Of a stretch of DNA of 64,000 nucleotides, positions 47,752 to 58,096 are shown piece by piece. Source of the DNA: an uncultured Desulfovibrionaceae bacterium (GTDB taxonomy: Bacteria; Desulfobacterota; Desulfovibrionia; Desulfovibrionales; Desulfovibrionaceae); NCBI GenBank assembly GCA_964370305.1, contig CAYJIU010000001.1, forward strand, positions 2,091 to 66,090, in the 5' to 3' direction. A model generated the notes under the pieces. It did no database searches, was not told the DNA's origin, and saw nothing but the letters and a program-made list of their open reading frames with translations. The stretch's first letter is position 1. The number at the start of each line of letters is the position of its first letter. The translations under genes were made by a program, and so were the position numbers.

Positions 47752-48624
47752 CTACAGCAATCGGGATTGTAGCTCAGTAAATAGGGCTTTACGTAGTGGC
47801 GTTGGGCCACTTTCCTTACGCTCAATGCAATAGAACATACGGTCAAAGCGCATATTGGATATTGTAACCACTGCCAACGAACCATCTTGTATTTCATGTT
47901 CAACTACTAAGGGTGATAGGCAAGATAATGTTCTTGGATTATGGAGCAAGTGCTTAATGGCATCGGTGTGAGCTAGCTCCAATGATTGTTCGGGGCGTAA
48001 ACCTAAGGGGGTTATATGGCGCAAGAAAGTTTCCCTTGTGCCTGAACCTGCTTCACGAAGTAGCCAAAAATATTGCATAAGCTCTTCTATGCTCCTTGGC
48101 TTACTAGCTAACTTTTGATCAGTGGTCACAACAACTAACTCCTCTCTGCCAAGGGGAGTGATTACAAGGTCAACAGCATCTACATCTCCTTCTACAAATC
48201 CCATATCAAGCTGCCCACTTTCTACTTGTTGAACAATTTCGCTAGTATTGGCAGATAGACAATCCAACTCTACATGGGGGTAGCGAATCTTCATATCATA
48301 TAAAACCTGCGGGATAACCCAATTGGCCAAGGTAACTGATGCTCCCACAAAAAGTTTTCCTAAAAGCTCATCGCTAGAAAGCAGTGCTAGGACGTTATCC
48401 AATTGATGATATAGGGGGGCAAGACGTTTTGCAAGTAGGCGACCTTTTTCATTTAATTTTATATTGCGTCCCACGCGATCAAAAACTTCAACACCTATAT
48501 TTGATTCAAATTCTCTTAAGGCACTGGAGATGGCTGCTTGTGATACAAACATCTTATGCGCCACATCCCGCATATTTGGGGTTTGGGCTAGGGCTAGAAA
48601 AACTTCCATGTACCTTAAAGTCAT
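47752..48624 (-). CDS. LysR-family transcriptional regulator
   Basis: It has an N-terminal wHTH (MRDVAHKMFVSQAAISSALREFE) and a LysR substrate-binding domain. Confidence 0.9.
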   Translation of the reverse strand: MTLRYMEVFLALAQTPNMRDVAHKMFVSQAAISSALREFESNIGVEVFDRVGRNIKLNEKGRLLAKRLAPLYHQLDNVLALLSSDELLGKLFVGASVTLANWVIPQVLYDMKIRYPHVELDCLSANTSEIVQQVESGQLDMGFVEGDVDAVDLVITPLGREELVVVTTDQKLASKPRSIEELMQYFWLLREAGSGTRETFLRHITPLGLRPEQSLELAHTDAIKHLLHNPRTLSCLSPLVVEHEIQDGSLAVVTISNMRFDRMFYCIERKESGPTPLRKALFTELQSRLL

Positions 48625-48736
48625 ATTGTTGTTCCTTTTTGATCAATGCAATTATTACGTAGTTTGTGCTGTCTTTAGGCGGAGCAAACATCACAAAGTG
48701 ATTTTGTATACTATTGTTTAAGGAAACACGATTTAA

Positions 48737-49624
48737 TTAGTGTTTCTTTAAGAAGTCAAGTAAGTCCTTTTTTTCTTGCGACAGCACATCATAAGGAGTA
48801 AATACCGCTGTATCCAAGCAATTGTGGGCAATGGAACTAGGTTTTTTTCTAGCTATTTCTGCAATGCTTAGGGCAATAATCTTTTGGGCATTGTTGGCGC
48901 ATGCCTTTAAGTTATCAATGAGCATTTCGACATTTACTATATCATCAGGGCCATGCCAACAGTCAAAATCTGTAACCATGGCCAGAGGGGCGTAAGCTAT
49001 TTGAGCTTCACGGGCAAGTTTTGCTTCTGGCATATTGGTCATGCCAATTACATCCACGCCCATGGCTCTGTATTGTAATGACTCAGCTAAGCTTGAAAAT
49101 TGTGGCCCTTCCATGCATATATATGTACCGCCAAAGTGAGCCTTTTGTTCACTGCCTTCAAGCACAGAGCAGGCACAATTATATAGAATTGCTCCAAGTT
49201 TTTCACAAGTTGGTTTGGCCATGCTGGCGTGGGCAACTAAGCCTTCACCAAAAAAAGTTGTGGCCCTATGCTTGGTGTAGTCTATGTATTGATTAACTAC
49301 CACCATATCTCTAGGGGGCATGTATTCGCGCAAGGAGCCCACAGCGGATACAGACAATAAGTGGCTTACCCCAAGCTTTTTCATGGCGTAAATATTGGCC
49401 CTGTAGGGTACTTCTGAGGGTAAAAAATTATGGTTTTTGCCATGTCTTGCTAAAAAAGCAACTTTTGCACCATGTATTTCACCAAGCATAATGGCATCAG
49501 AAGGTGGCCCATAGGGGGTATCAATATTAATTTCTTGTTTATTTACAATGCCTTCTATATCATAAAGTCCACTTCCGCCTATAATGCCAATGACTATTTG
49601 GTTTGAGTATTGTTTTTCATCCAT
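48737..49624 (-). CDS. mtnP: S-methyl-5'-thioadenosine phosphorylase
   Basis: Motifs present are IGIIGGSGLY, FLARHG..H and GMTNMPEAKLAREA (PNP/MTAP family). Confidence 0.85.
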   Translation of the reverse strand: MDEKQYSNQIVIGIIGGSGLYDIEGIVNKQEINIDTPYGPPSDAIMLGEIHGAKVAFLARHGKNHNFLPSEVPYRANIYAMKKLGVSHLLSVSAVGSLREYMPPRDMVVVNQYIDYTKHRATTFFGEGLVAHASMAKPTCEKLGAILYNCACSVLEGSEQKAHFGGTYICMEGPQFSSLAESLQYRAMGVDVIGMTNMPEAKLAREAQIAYAPLAMVTDFDCWHGPDDIVNVEMLIDNLKACANNAQKIIALSIAEIARKKPSSIAHNCLDTAVFTPYDVLSQEKKDLLDFLKKH

Positions 49625-49778
49625 ATGTTGTTTGCCTCATTAAAAAATTAATGGGTTAAAGACTTGTTTGCATAACTCATAGCATAGCTGCTTTGAGAGC
49701 ATTAATCTTATTTAAGATCCCTGCACAATTTACAATGATAATTTTTTTTAAATTTTTTTACAAGATGAATTGTGTAAT

Positions 49779-49818
49779 GAAAAACCCACCATCGGCAAAA
49801 TTTATGCTAATGGTGGGT
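49779..49818 (-). terminator. intrinsic terminator after the repeat-protein gene
   Basis: On the minus strand the hairpin acccaccat-N17-atggtgggt is followed by TTTTT. Confidence 0.7.
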
Positions 49819-49850
49819 TGTTTTGTGTAGGTATTTTACAATTGCATCAA

Positions 49851-51893
49851 CTAGCTTGAAGTATTAGCAAGTTGAATTTGTGCAACTAAGATGGTCATGG
49901 CATCACCATCATCGTTTGTATTGGTAAAAGCAGTATAACCATCTGGTATGTTACCGGTATGTTGCTGCGTCCAAGAACTATCAACAGTGATATCACCATT
50001 TTCGTCTTGCTCAACACCATCAAGCTTGCTAAAGAGGTCTTGAGTGCTAGTGGTGGTAAGGTTATTTAGAGTGTCACTAAAAACTATCAATTCTGCATTG
50101 GCAATATGGCCATCTTGCACCATATCCATAACTTTACCAAGCTCACTAGCATCGGCCAAAAGCACGTCTAATCCATCACCAGTATCAACAGAAACAACAT
50201 CATCAACATTACCGTAAAGTTTGACTAAATCATTACCTCCGCCAGAAGCAAGGCCTTCAAAATTGTTAATATCGGTTTGGTCTTCACCTCTAATGAATAT
50301 TTCATTACCACGCATGACTATGGTGTCGTCAGTATTGCTATTATAATTGAAAATGTCATCACCAAGGCCACCGTCAATGTTTACTCTATCACCGCTATTA
50401 GTTTCAATATCATCAACAGTTACGGTATCATTACCGGAGTCACCATCAATCACAATAGATTGATTTCCGGAGGCACTAAGGTCAATTTTATCAATATTAA
50501 TTTGATCATCGCCGCCAACTGCTGCGTTGGAAACAACCTTACCTTCACCATAGATTTCGCCACCCTTCATGGTGCCTACGTTAATAACGTCATCTCCACC
50601 CTTGGTGCCAGCATTTAGAGTCCAACCATCACCAAGTATGCTACCATATTCCATATTTTCAACATTAACGGTATCATCGCCACCTTCTACGCCATTAAAT
50701 AAATTGCCATCAGCGCGAATTTTGGTGCCGTTAAGTGTATCAATATTGATAATGTCATTGCCCACATCTTCTTGCTTGTGCAGGTTTAGGGCATCGCCAT
50801 AGATGAAGGTGTCATCTTCAAAGTCTGCTTTATTGAGGTCGTTTTGTGTGCCGGTAGCTGTCTTTACAGTTAGGGTATCATCACCATCGCCAAGGAGCAT
50901 GCCATTTACATGGTGATTGCCAGCATTGGCATCATTAGCATAACTACTAAACTCTTGGGTGTAGCTGGTATTGGTGTTTACGTCTGTAACTATGGCAGAA
51001 TCTGCCTGAAGGTTTTCAACAAAAAGGTTTTCATCAACGTCATTACCAACGGTTACACTAATATCATATGTGACGCCATCTGGATCTGTGGCTGTGTATA
51101 TAAATTCAAAATTATCCGCGCCAATATTGTCAATATTAGTGGTTAAAGTGTAAGTACCATCAGGGTTTACACTAAAATATGTACCATTTTCATGGATGAA
51201 TATAGTACCACCCGTGGTGGTGGGGGCAAAACGCCAACCAGTGGGGTCAATCAAGGTAATTTGAGTAATAATAGTGCCTTCCGGTACTTCGTCATTGGCT
51301 AGCAAGTTACCGGTGAGCCTAGAGCCAGCATCAGCGGCTAATAAATCGTCCTTGGTGGTGTACACAGGGGGAGCCGGCGTAGTGGGTAGCGTGGTGATAG
51401 GTGGCGTTGCAGAACCAGTAGTAGGGGGAGGTGTCGTTTCGGTTGGAGTAAAGGGAAGGTCATTATTAGGCTGAACAACACTAGCAGTGGCTATATCCAC
51501 AACTAATTCATTTTCAATGTTAAGGCCGTCAGTGGCATCAATACCACTAAGTAAGGTGCCAGCTTTAAATCCTACATTGGTGCCACTACCGCTAGGCGCG
51601 CTGGTGTTACCAAGGGCAGGCATGAGCTCTTCACCGAGGCTTGTAAAAAAAGCTTCGCCAGACACTGTGCTACCTTCAATTACAAATTCGGGCATATTTT
51701 CAGCACCGTAGGCAGTGTAGAAGTTGGTTAACTCAATACTTGCACCATCCTCAAAGGTAAAGGTTAAGCTATCACCTTCACGGGTTATGGTTGCAGAGTC
51801 GGCAGTAAACTCAAGGTTTATGCGGTCATCGGTTTGAGGGGCAACGTTAATAGCTTGCCCAGGCAGAGGTCTGCTTAGAATAATATCGGCCAT
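49851..51893 (-). CDS. large secreted acidic repeat protein, RTX/adhesin-like (probable type I secretion substrate)
   Basis: It has no N-terminal signal peptide and AAGGAG upstream. It contains a P/T-rich linker, a cadherin/VCBS-like module (LLANDEVPEG...YTATDPDG) and ~25-aa GGDD/GNDxINV repeats. It is extremely D/N/G/T rich. Confidence 0.6.
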   Translation of the reverse strand: MADIILSRPLPGQAINVAPQTDDRINLEFTADSATITREGDSLTFTFEDGASIELTNFYTAYGAENMPEFVIEGSTVSGEAFFTSLGEELMPALGNTSAPSGSGTNVGFKAGTLLSGIDATDGLNIENELVVDIATASVVQPNNDLPFTPTETTPPPTTGSATPPITTLPTTPAPPVYTTKDDLLAADAGSRLTGNLLANDEVPEGTIITQITLIDPTGWRFAPTTTGGTIFIHENGTYFSVNPDGTYTLTTNIDNIGADNFEFIYTATDPDGVTYDISVTVGNDVDENLFVENLQADSAIVTDVNTNTSYTQEFSSYANDANAGNHHVNGMLLGDGDDTLTVKTATGTQNDLNKADFEDDTFIYGDALNLHKQEDVGNDIINIDTLNGTKIRADGNLFNGVEGGDDTVNVENMEYGSILGDGWTLNAGTKGGDDVINVGTMKGGEIYGEGKVVSNAAVGGDDQINIDKIDLSASGNQSIVIDGDSGNDTVTVDDIETNSGDRVNIDGGLGDDIFNYNSNTDDTIVMRGNEIFIRGEDQTDINNFEGLASGGGNDLVKLYGNVDDVVSVDTGDGLDVLLADASELGKVMDMVQDGHIANAELIVFSDTLNNLTTTSTQDLFSKLDGVEQDENGDITVDSSWTQQHTGNIPDGYTAFTNTNDDGDAMTILVAQIQLANTSS

Positions 51894-52149
51894 GAAAATC
51901 TCCTTAAAGTGCGCAACTATAAGACGCGCAAAAAAAAACGTACAAAATTTTACTGGAAATTATAGGCCCCTTAGACAGATAGGGGGACAGGGAGACACTC
52001 CCCAAGTATACTATATTGGCAAGACGGAAGCTTAGTATACTCAAAAATAAATTGAGAGGCACGAAGGCCTAATACGAGGCAATCCCTCGTTGAGATGCAG
52101 ATATGTCTTTATATATTACTTGTCAAGTAAAACATCAAAAATATTATTT

Positions 52150-52219
52150 TAGTCGACACTGAAAAACCATACAAAACATTGAAAATAAATTATTTTTTAG
52201 CAAAAATTGACAAATAAAA
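52150..52219. repeat. one-ended copy of the MITE-like element (right-end type)
   Basis: This ~70 nt stretch is identical, apart from 1 mismatch, to the reverse complement of 30717-30786. Confidence 0.75.
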
Positions 52220-52356
52220 ATACGTGATAATGCTCATAATAATCATTTTTTAAATTAGAATTAACAACATGTTCTTAAACAAGGCACCCATAAAGTATAC
52301 TTGGCAGTTATAATAAAATGAGCTATAATGATTTATTACATTGTTGAGTATTAAGC

Positions 52357-53424
52357 ATGGAACGTAGAAAAACTAAAAAAATACATCTTGGCTCCCTTGC
52401 TTTTGGCGGTACTGCGCCAGTGCGTGTGCAGAGCATGACCAATACCGATACAAGGGATGTGCAAAAAACACTTGCTCAGATTACGGCCCTTGTGGACGTT
52501 GGTTGTGAAGCGGTACGCCTAGCTGTGCTTGATATGCAAGCAGCTAAAGCCATTAAGCAAATTAGATCAGAGGTGAGTGTGCCGCTCATTGCGGATATAC
52601 ATTTTGAGCATGGCCTTGCTCTTGCTGCTTTAGAAGCAGGGGTGGAAGGTTTACGCATTAATCCCGGTAATATTGGAGCAAAAAAGCATGTGGATGCTGT
52701 GGTTGATTGCGCCAAAGCTCATAATGCAGTTATTAGAATTGGGGTTAATGGTGGTTCCTTGGAGAAGCATCTACTACAAAAATACGGCGGCCCCACACCA
52801 CAAGCTATGGTAGAAAGTGCCCTTGGGCACATAGATATTTTGGAAAAGCGTGGATTTTATCAAACAAAAATTTCCTTAAAATCTTCAGGTGTTTTAGAAA
52901 GTATTGCCGCCTATAAGTTGCTTGCCACCCAGTGTGATTATCCCCTACATATTGGCATCACAGAGGCCGGTGGCCTTTTGCGTGGTGGGGTTAAGTCTGC
53001 GGTTGGTTTAGGCATTTTGCTTTGGGAGGGTATTGGTGATACCTTGCGCGTATCGCTTACGGCAGACCCAGTGCAAGAAGTCATTGCCGCATATGAAATT
53101 TTGCGCGCGCTTGGTTTACGCCATCGTGGGCCTGAGATTATTTCTTGCCCTACTTGTGGACGCACGGAGATTGATTTGATTGCCCTTGCTGGCGAGGTGG
53201 AGAAGCGTCTTATGCATGAAACTGTACCTTTGAAGGTGGCGGTCATGGGTTGCGTGGTCAATGGGCCAGGCGAAGCTAGAGAAGCGGATATTGGCCTTGC
53301 TGGCGGGCGTGATAAGGGTAGTATTTTTTGTAAGGGTAAGATTATTCGAACCGTGCGCGGTCAAGATAATTTGCTTACTGCTTTTATGGAAGAACTTGAT
53401 AAGGTTATAGAAAATAAAAAATAA
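52357..53424 (+). CDS. ispG: 4-hydroxy-3-methylbut-2-en-1-yl diphosphate synthase
   Basis: Motifs present are [18 protein letters not shown] and [10 protein letters not shown]. Confidence 0.95.
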   Translation: MERRKTKKIHLGSLAFGGTAPVRVQSMTNTDTRDVQKTLAQITALVDVGCEAVRLAVLDMQAAKAIKQIRSEVSVPLIADIHFEHGLALAALEAGVEGLRINPGNIGAKKHVDAVVDCAKAHNAVIRIGVNGGSLEKHLLQKYGGPTPQAMVESALGHIDILEKRGFYQTKISLKSSGVLESIAAYKLLATQCDYPLHIGITEAGGLLRGGVKSAVGLGILLWEGIGDTLRVSLTADPVQEVIAAYEILRALGLRHRGPEIISCPTCGRTEIDLIALAGEVEKRLMHETVPLKVAVMGCVVNGPGEAREADIGLAGGRDKGSIFCKGKIIRTVRGQDNLLTAFMEELDKVIENKK

Positions 53425-53435
53425 GAGGTAGTGAT

Positions 53436-55181
53436 ATGCGTTGGAGTTTGAGTTATATCCCCACATTAAAGGAAGCTCCGGCTGATGCTGAGGTTATTAG
53501 CCATAAATTATTGGTGCGCTCTGGTATGGTGCGTAAGGTAACATCTGGTATTTATATGTATTTGCCGCTTGGTTTGCGTGTGTTGGAAAAGGCTAAGCAA
53601 ATTGTACGTGAAGAGATGAATTCCGCCGGCGCGCAAGAGCTATTATTACCTGCGGCATGTCCGGCTGATTTGTGGCAAGAGACGGGCCGCTGGGAGTTTT
53701 ATGGCAAGGAGCTTTTGCGCTTTCAAGATAGACACGGACGCGACTATTGCATTGGGCCCACCCATGAGGAAGTTATAACTGACCTTGTGCGCGGTGAGGT
53801 GCGCTCATATAGGCAATTACCGTTTAATCTTTATCAAATTCAAACAAAATTTAGGGATGAAATTCGCCCGCGTTTTGGGCTTTTGCGCGGCCGTGAATTT
53901 GTTATGAAGGACGCATATTCCTTTGATGCCGATGATGCCGGTGCTGATATTAGCTATAAAAAAATGTATGATGCCTATAGCAAGACTTTTGCGCGCATGG
54001 CTTTAAAATTTAGGGCTGTGGAGGCGGATACAGGATCCATCGGTGGTAGTTTTTCTCATGAATTTATGGTGCTTGCAGATACAGGTGAGGATACACTGGC
54101 CACTTGTGTGGCTTGTGATTATGCATCAAATGTGGAGCGGGCTGCGGTTATTTTTAAAGGGCAAAAACATAATCAAACTTGCGAAAATTTTGAAGAAGTT
54201 TCAACACCCAATGCGCATACGGTGGAAGATGTTTGCCGTTTCATGGACATAGCGCCCATAAAGTTAATTAAAACTCTGCTCTTTAATGTGGATGGTGCCG
54301 CTGTAGCCGTGCTTGTGCGCGGAGACCGCAACGTCAATGATATTAAATTAAAAAATATGTTAGGAGCAAGCGTGGTGGAGCTTGCCACCCCTGAAGAAGT
54401 GCAGGAATGGTCAAAGGCTGCCGTGGGCTTTGCGGGGCCGGTGGGCTTGGCAGAGCATGTAAAAGTTTATGCTGACCTTGAGTTACAAGCCTATAATGAT
54501 TGGGTTTGTGGGGCTAATAAAACTGACACACATCTTCGCCACGTAGACCTTACCCGTGATTGCAGCGTAATTGCCTATGCCGATTTGCGTATGATTACTA
54601 AGGCTGACCCTTGCCCCACATGTGGAGGTAGACTTGAGCTACCAAAGGGTATTGAAGTGGGCCACGTGTTTAAGCTTGGTACCAAGTATAGTGAATCCAT
54701 GAAAGCCACATTTCTTGACCAAGATGGTAAGGAAAATTTAATCGTTATGGGGTGTTATGGTATTGGTGTTTCACGCGTAGTGGCGGCTTGTATTGAGCAA
54801 AATCACGATGAATATGGTATTGTATTTCCGCCTCCGCTGGCTCCTTTTGACGCGCTTTTGCTTAATTTAGATCCAAAAAATGACGCCATTTGTGCAAAAC
54901 TTAATGAGATAAAAACTGCCCTTGAAGCCGATGGTTTAGAGGTGTTATTAGATGACCGTGAAGAACGCCCGGGGGTTAAGTTCAAGGATGCTGATTTAAT
55001 AGGTATTCCCATGCAAATTTGCTTGGGGGGTAAGAGCTTTGAGCGCGGAGTGTTAGAAGCAAAAGACCGCCGTAGTGGCGAAAAAACAGAGCTTAGTTTA
55101 GATAATTTCCTTCAAGATTTTAAGACTTGGCACAAGCAAGTTTTAAGCGGTTGGGGTATTAATCACGTTATTGTTAATTGA
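53436..55181 (+). CDS. proS: proline--tRNA ligase (bacterial type with INS editing domain)
   Basis: It is 581 aa, with class-II motifs [17 protein letters not shown] and GCYGIGVSR. Confidence 0.95.
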   Translation: MRWSLSYIPTLKEAPADAEVISHKLLVRSGMVRKVTSGIYMYLPLGLRVLEKAKQIVREEMNSAGAQELLLPAACPADLWQETGRWEFYGKELLRFQDRHGRDYCIGPTHEEVITDLVRGEVRSYRQLPFNLYQIQTKFRDEIRPRFGLLRGREFVMKDAYSFDADDAGADISYKKMYDAYSKTFARMALKFRAVEADTGSIGGSFSHEFMVLADTGEDTLATCVACDYASNVERAAVIFKGQKHNQTCENFEEVSTPNAHTVEDVCRFMDIAPIKLIKTLLFNVDGAAVAVLVRGDRNVNDIKLKNMLGASVVELATPEEVQEWSKAAVGFAGPVGLAEHVKVYADLELQAYNDWVCGANKTDTHLRHVDLTRDCSVIAYADLRMITKADPCPTCGGRLELPKGIEVGHVFKLGTKYSESMKATFLDQDGKENLIVMGCYGIGVSRVVAACIEQNHDEYGIVFPPPLAPFDALLLNLDPKNDAICAKLNEIKTALEADGLEVLLDDREERPGVKFKDADLIGIPMQICLGGKSFERGVLEAKDRRSGEKTELSLDNFLQDFKTWHKQVLSGWGINHVIVN

Positions 55182-55284
55182 AAATAAGTTAAGCTTTTGT
55201 ATTTTGCACGGCCTTGCGGCCCTACGTGTTACTTTTGTGTGATTTTTTAAAATTTATCTTTTTCCCGCTGCCTGCGTCAGATGA

Positions 55285-55331
55285 AATATTTTGAACGCGT
55301 GTACTTAAGTACACTCTGCCTTCAAAATATT
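55285..55331. repeat. nested perfect palindromes (cruciform/hairpin-capable)
   Basis: A 16-bp perfect palindrome GTGTACTTAAGTACAC (55299-55314) sits inside 11-bp inverted arms AATATTTTGAA/TTCAAAATATT. Confidence 0.7.
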
Positions 55332-55584
55332 ACATTTTCCTTGGTAGCGAAAAAAATTTAATAATTTCAAAATATTCCACAAAAACGTGGCATGCTCATT
55401 TTTACTTCGTGCTCCGCACTTATAAAAATGGTATCCTCCGAAGGGTGCTTTAAGTCGTCATTGCTAAAATGTGCGTACTGTAAAAGTAGTTTTATCATGT
55501 ATACAAAGTTTGCAAATAACATGTGATAATGTAAATATAATTTATAGGAATCAGTCATACAATTAGAATGGTGTGGGGTATTAA

Positions 55585-56913
55585 TTGAGCATCATATATA
55601 CAGTTCGCGAGCTAACTGATGGTATAAAACGCACCCTTGATGCGCAATTCCCCTTTGTGTGGGTTAAGGGGGAGGTGAGTAATCTTTCGCGCCCAAGCTC
55701 CGGACATATTTATTTTTCGCTAAAAGATAATGATGCCTTGCTTAACTGCGTTTGGTTTAAGGGTAATCAACGCGAAAATGACGGGTTTGACCCCCTTACC
55801 GGTGAAGTGTTTGAAAACGGGCCAAGGCCGTCCATGGCCGCAAGTCTTACCCAAGGACAACAAATCCTATGTGCGGGGAATCTTTCAGTTTATGCACAAC
55901 GCGGTGTTTATCAATTAACTGTGTCCTTGGTGCAAGATGATGGGCTTGGTGCGCTGTATGCGGCATTTGATAAATTAAAAAGCAAGCTTATGGATAAGGG
56001 CTATTTTGCCCCAGAGCGTAAGCGAAGTTTGATTTATAATCCGCAAAGAGTGGCTGTAGTTACAGCGGCAAGCGGTGCTGCCATTCATGATTTTTTGCGC
56101 ATTGCCAGTAATCGCGGCACAGGTGGGCATATTCGTATCTATCCTACCTTGGTGCAGGGAGAAGGTGCTGCCAAAGCCATGAGTGAAGTATTGCAAAGCA
56201 TTGCCGCGCAAGCTTGGGCTGAGGTCATTGTACTCATTCGTGGTGGTGGATCTTTTGAAGACTTATGGGCTTTTAATGAAGAATGTCTTGCTGATGCAAT
56301 CTTTAATTCGCCCATACCGGTGCTTGCTGGCATTGGGCACGAGCCGGATGTATGCCTTGCAGATATGACTGCCGATGTGCGGGCCGCAACCCCAAGTCAT
56401 GCGGCACAGTTATTGTGGCCAGAACGCGAAGAGCTTATGCAATATATTGATGGATTTGAGCTAGCCTTAAACGATATCATTGACAATAAAATGTATAATT
56501 ATAGTCAATTACTCAATATGCGTGAGCAGGCATTACATTGGCTCTCACCAGTAAATATCTGGCAACGTCAAGATGAGCGTTTAAGTAACTTTCATGCCCG
56601 TCTTATGCAATGCGCTAAGGGGTTTATGGAAAGAAATCAAATTAAGTTAGATAATTTTAGCTCAGCTTTACCCATGTCATACTCGCGCTATCAGGAAAAA
56701 TTATCTGCCCAGATGCAAGGTTATTACTTGCGCCTGTTGGCCCACAATCCACTGGCTCCGCTTGAGCGCGGATACGCGCTTTTACAAACGGAAGATGGAC
56801 ATGTATTAACATCGGTTGAGCAAGTAAAAATCGGGCAAAATGTACATATGTCCTTACTTGATGGTGAAATAGCTGCAAAAGTGCAAAAAAAACGTCATAA
56901 AAATGAAAAATGA
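55585..56913 (+). CDS. xseA: exodeoxyribonuclease VII large subunit
   Basis: It has a TTG start, the N-terminal OB fold (FPFVWVKGEVSN) and is 442 aa. xseB follows. Confidence 0.9.
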   Translation: MSIIYTVRELTDGIKRTLDAQFPFVWVKGEVSNLSRPSSGHIYFSLKDNDALLNCVWFKGNQRENDGFDPLTGEVFENGPRPSMAASLTQGQQILCAGNLSVYAQRGVYQLTVSLVQDDGLGALYAAFDKLKSKLMDKGYFAPERKRSLIYNPQRVAVVTAASGAAIHDFLRIASNRGTGGHIRIYPTLVQGEGAAKAMSEVLQSIAAQAWAEVIVLIRGGGSFEDLWAFNEECLADAIFNSPIPVLAGIGHEPDVCLADMTADVRAATPSHAAQLLWPEREELMQYIDGFELALNDIIDNKMYNYSQLLNMREQALHWLSPVNIWQRQDERLSNFHARLMQCAKGFMERNQIKLDNFSSALPMSYSRYQEKLSAQMQGYYLRLLAHNPLAPLERGYALLQTEDGHVLTSVEQVKIGQNVHMSLLDGEIAAKVQKKRHKNEK

Positions 56914-56935
56914 TTATTGTATATGAGGATTAAGC

Positions 56936-57181
56936 ATGGCCAAGGATAGCCCAAAAACATTTGAAGATCGTGTGGAGCGTTTACAAGTTATTATCACCGC
57001 TTTAGAAAAAGGCGATGTGCAGCTTGAACAAAGCGTGGCTTTATATAAGGAAGGTATGCAGCTTGCAAAATCCTGCCGTAAGCAGCTGGATAAAGCGCGG
57101 CATGAAATTACTCTTTTTGCTGATAATTCAGATAGTCCCTTTGTAGCAAACGCAGAATCAGACGAGGAAAATAATGCCTAA
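56936..57181 (+). CDS. xseB: exodeoxyribonuclease VII small subunit
   Basis: It is an 81-aa helical protein with [32 protein letters not shown]. Confidence 0.85.
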   Translation: MAKDSPKTFEDRVERLQVIITALEKGDVQLEQSVALYKEGMQLAKSCRKQLDKARHEITLFADNSDSPFVANAESDEENNA

Positions 57182-58076
57182 AGAACTTTCAACTTCTGCC
57201 ATGAAAGAACAGCTAAAATTACGCGGGCTTGCCGTGGAAAATTGGCTAAAAACATGCTTGCAAGACATTGATTTGCCAAACTCTTTACAAGAGGCCATGG
57301 AGTATAGCTTGCTTGCTGGTGGTAAACGTATTCGCCCTGTGCTTTGTTTAACTTGCGCCAAGCTTTGCAATGGGCATGAGCAAGAGATAATGCCCTTTGC
57401 CGCCGCCATTGAAATGGTGCATAGTTATTCTTTAATTCATGATGATTTACCAGCCATGGATGATGATGACTTGCGTCGTGGTAAACCTTCAAGTCATATT
57501 AAATTCGGTGAAGCCATGGCTATTTTAGCTGGCGATGCCCTGTTGACTGACGCCTTTACCTTTATGGCTACGCTTAAGGGTGAGCCACAAAATATATTGT
57601 CAGCCTTGGCTTATTTTGCCTCTGCCGCAGGTTCTGCTGGCATGGTGGGGGGGCAGGTGCTTGATATGGAATATACTGGCAGAGGTGGTGTTGACTTAAC
57701 AAAACTGCGTAAGATGCACAGTAAAAAAACCGGTGCCATAATTAAGGCTTCTTGCGTATGTGGAGCTATGCTTGCAGGCGCAGATAAGACCCTTATCCAC
57801 GCATTAGAGCATTATGGCACTGCTCTTGGCACTGCCTTTCAAATTGCCGATGATATTTTAGATATAACCGCAGATACCGCCACCCTTGGTAAACCGTCGG
57901 GTAGCGATGCTGAACAGGGTAAAAATACCTATCCTTCCTTAGTGGGGTTGGAGCAAAGTAGAGTTTTAGCTCAAGAGCAAAAGGACTTAGCTATTAAAAG
58001 CTTAGATGGTATTGATGGAGAAGAGGCCGCATTTTTGCGTAGCTTGGCCAGCTATGTAGTGGAACGTACCTTTTAA
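57174..58076 (+). CDS. ispA: farnesyl diphosphate synthase (polyprenyl synthetase)
   Basis: It has the FARM motif [17 protein letters not shown] and the SARM motif FQIADDILD. It overlaps xseB by 8 nt. Confidence 0.9.
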   Translation: MPKELSTSAMKEQLKLRGLAVENWLKTCLQDIDLPNSLQEAMEYSLLAGGKRIRPVLCLTCAKLCNGHEQEIMPFAAAIEMVHSYSLIHDDLPAMDDDDLRRGKPSSHIKFGEAMAILAGDALLTDAFTFMATLKGEPQNILSALAYFASAAGSAGMVGGQVLDMEYTGRGGVDLTKLRKMHSKKTGAIIKASCVCGAMLAGADKTLIHALEHYGTALGTAFQIADDILDITADTATLGKPSGSDAEQGKNTYPSLVGLEQSRVLAQEQKDLAIKSLDGIDGEEAAFLRSLASYVVERTF

Positions 58077-58096
58077 TATTCAAAATTGGAAACTCT

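Noticed and set aside
51894-52150. A possible c-di-GMP (GEMM) riboswitch in the leader of the adhesin-like gene.
   Set aside because: I could not find the conserved GEMM-I elements (GCAAA-type receptor, GNRA loop context and ACGCAAAGCC-like segment) or GEMM-II features on the sense strand.
55367-55558. A 63-aa minus-strand ORF in the proS-xseA spacer.
   Set aside because: It has no RBS, sits in an AT-rich repeat-bearing spacer, and has no recognisable family.
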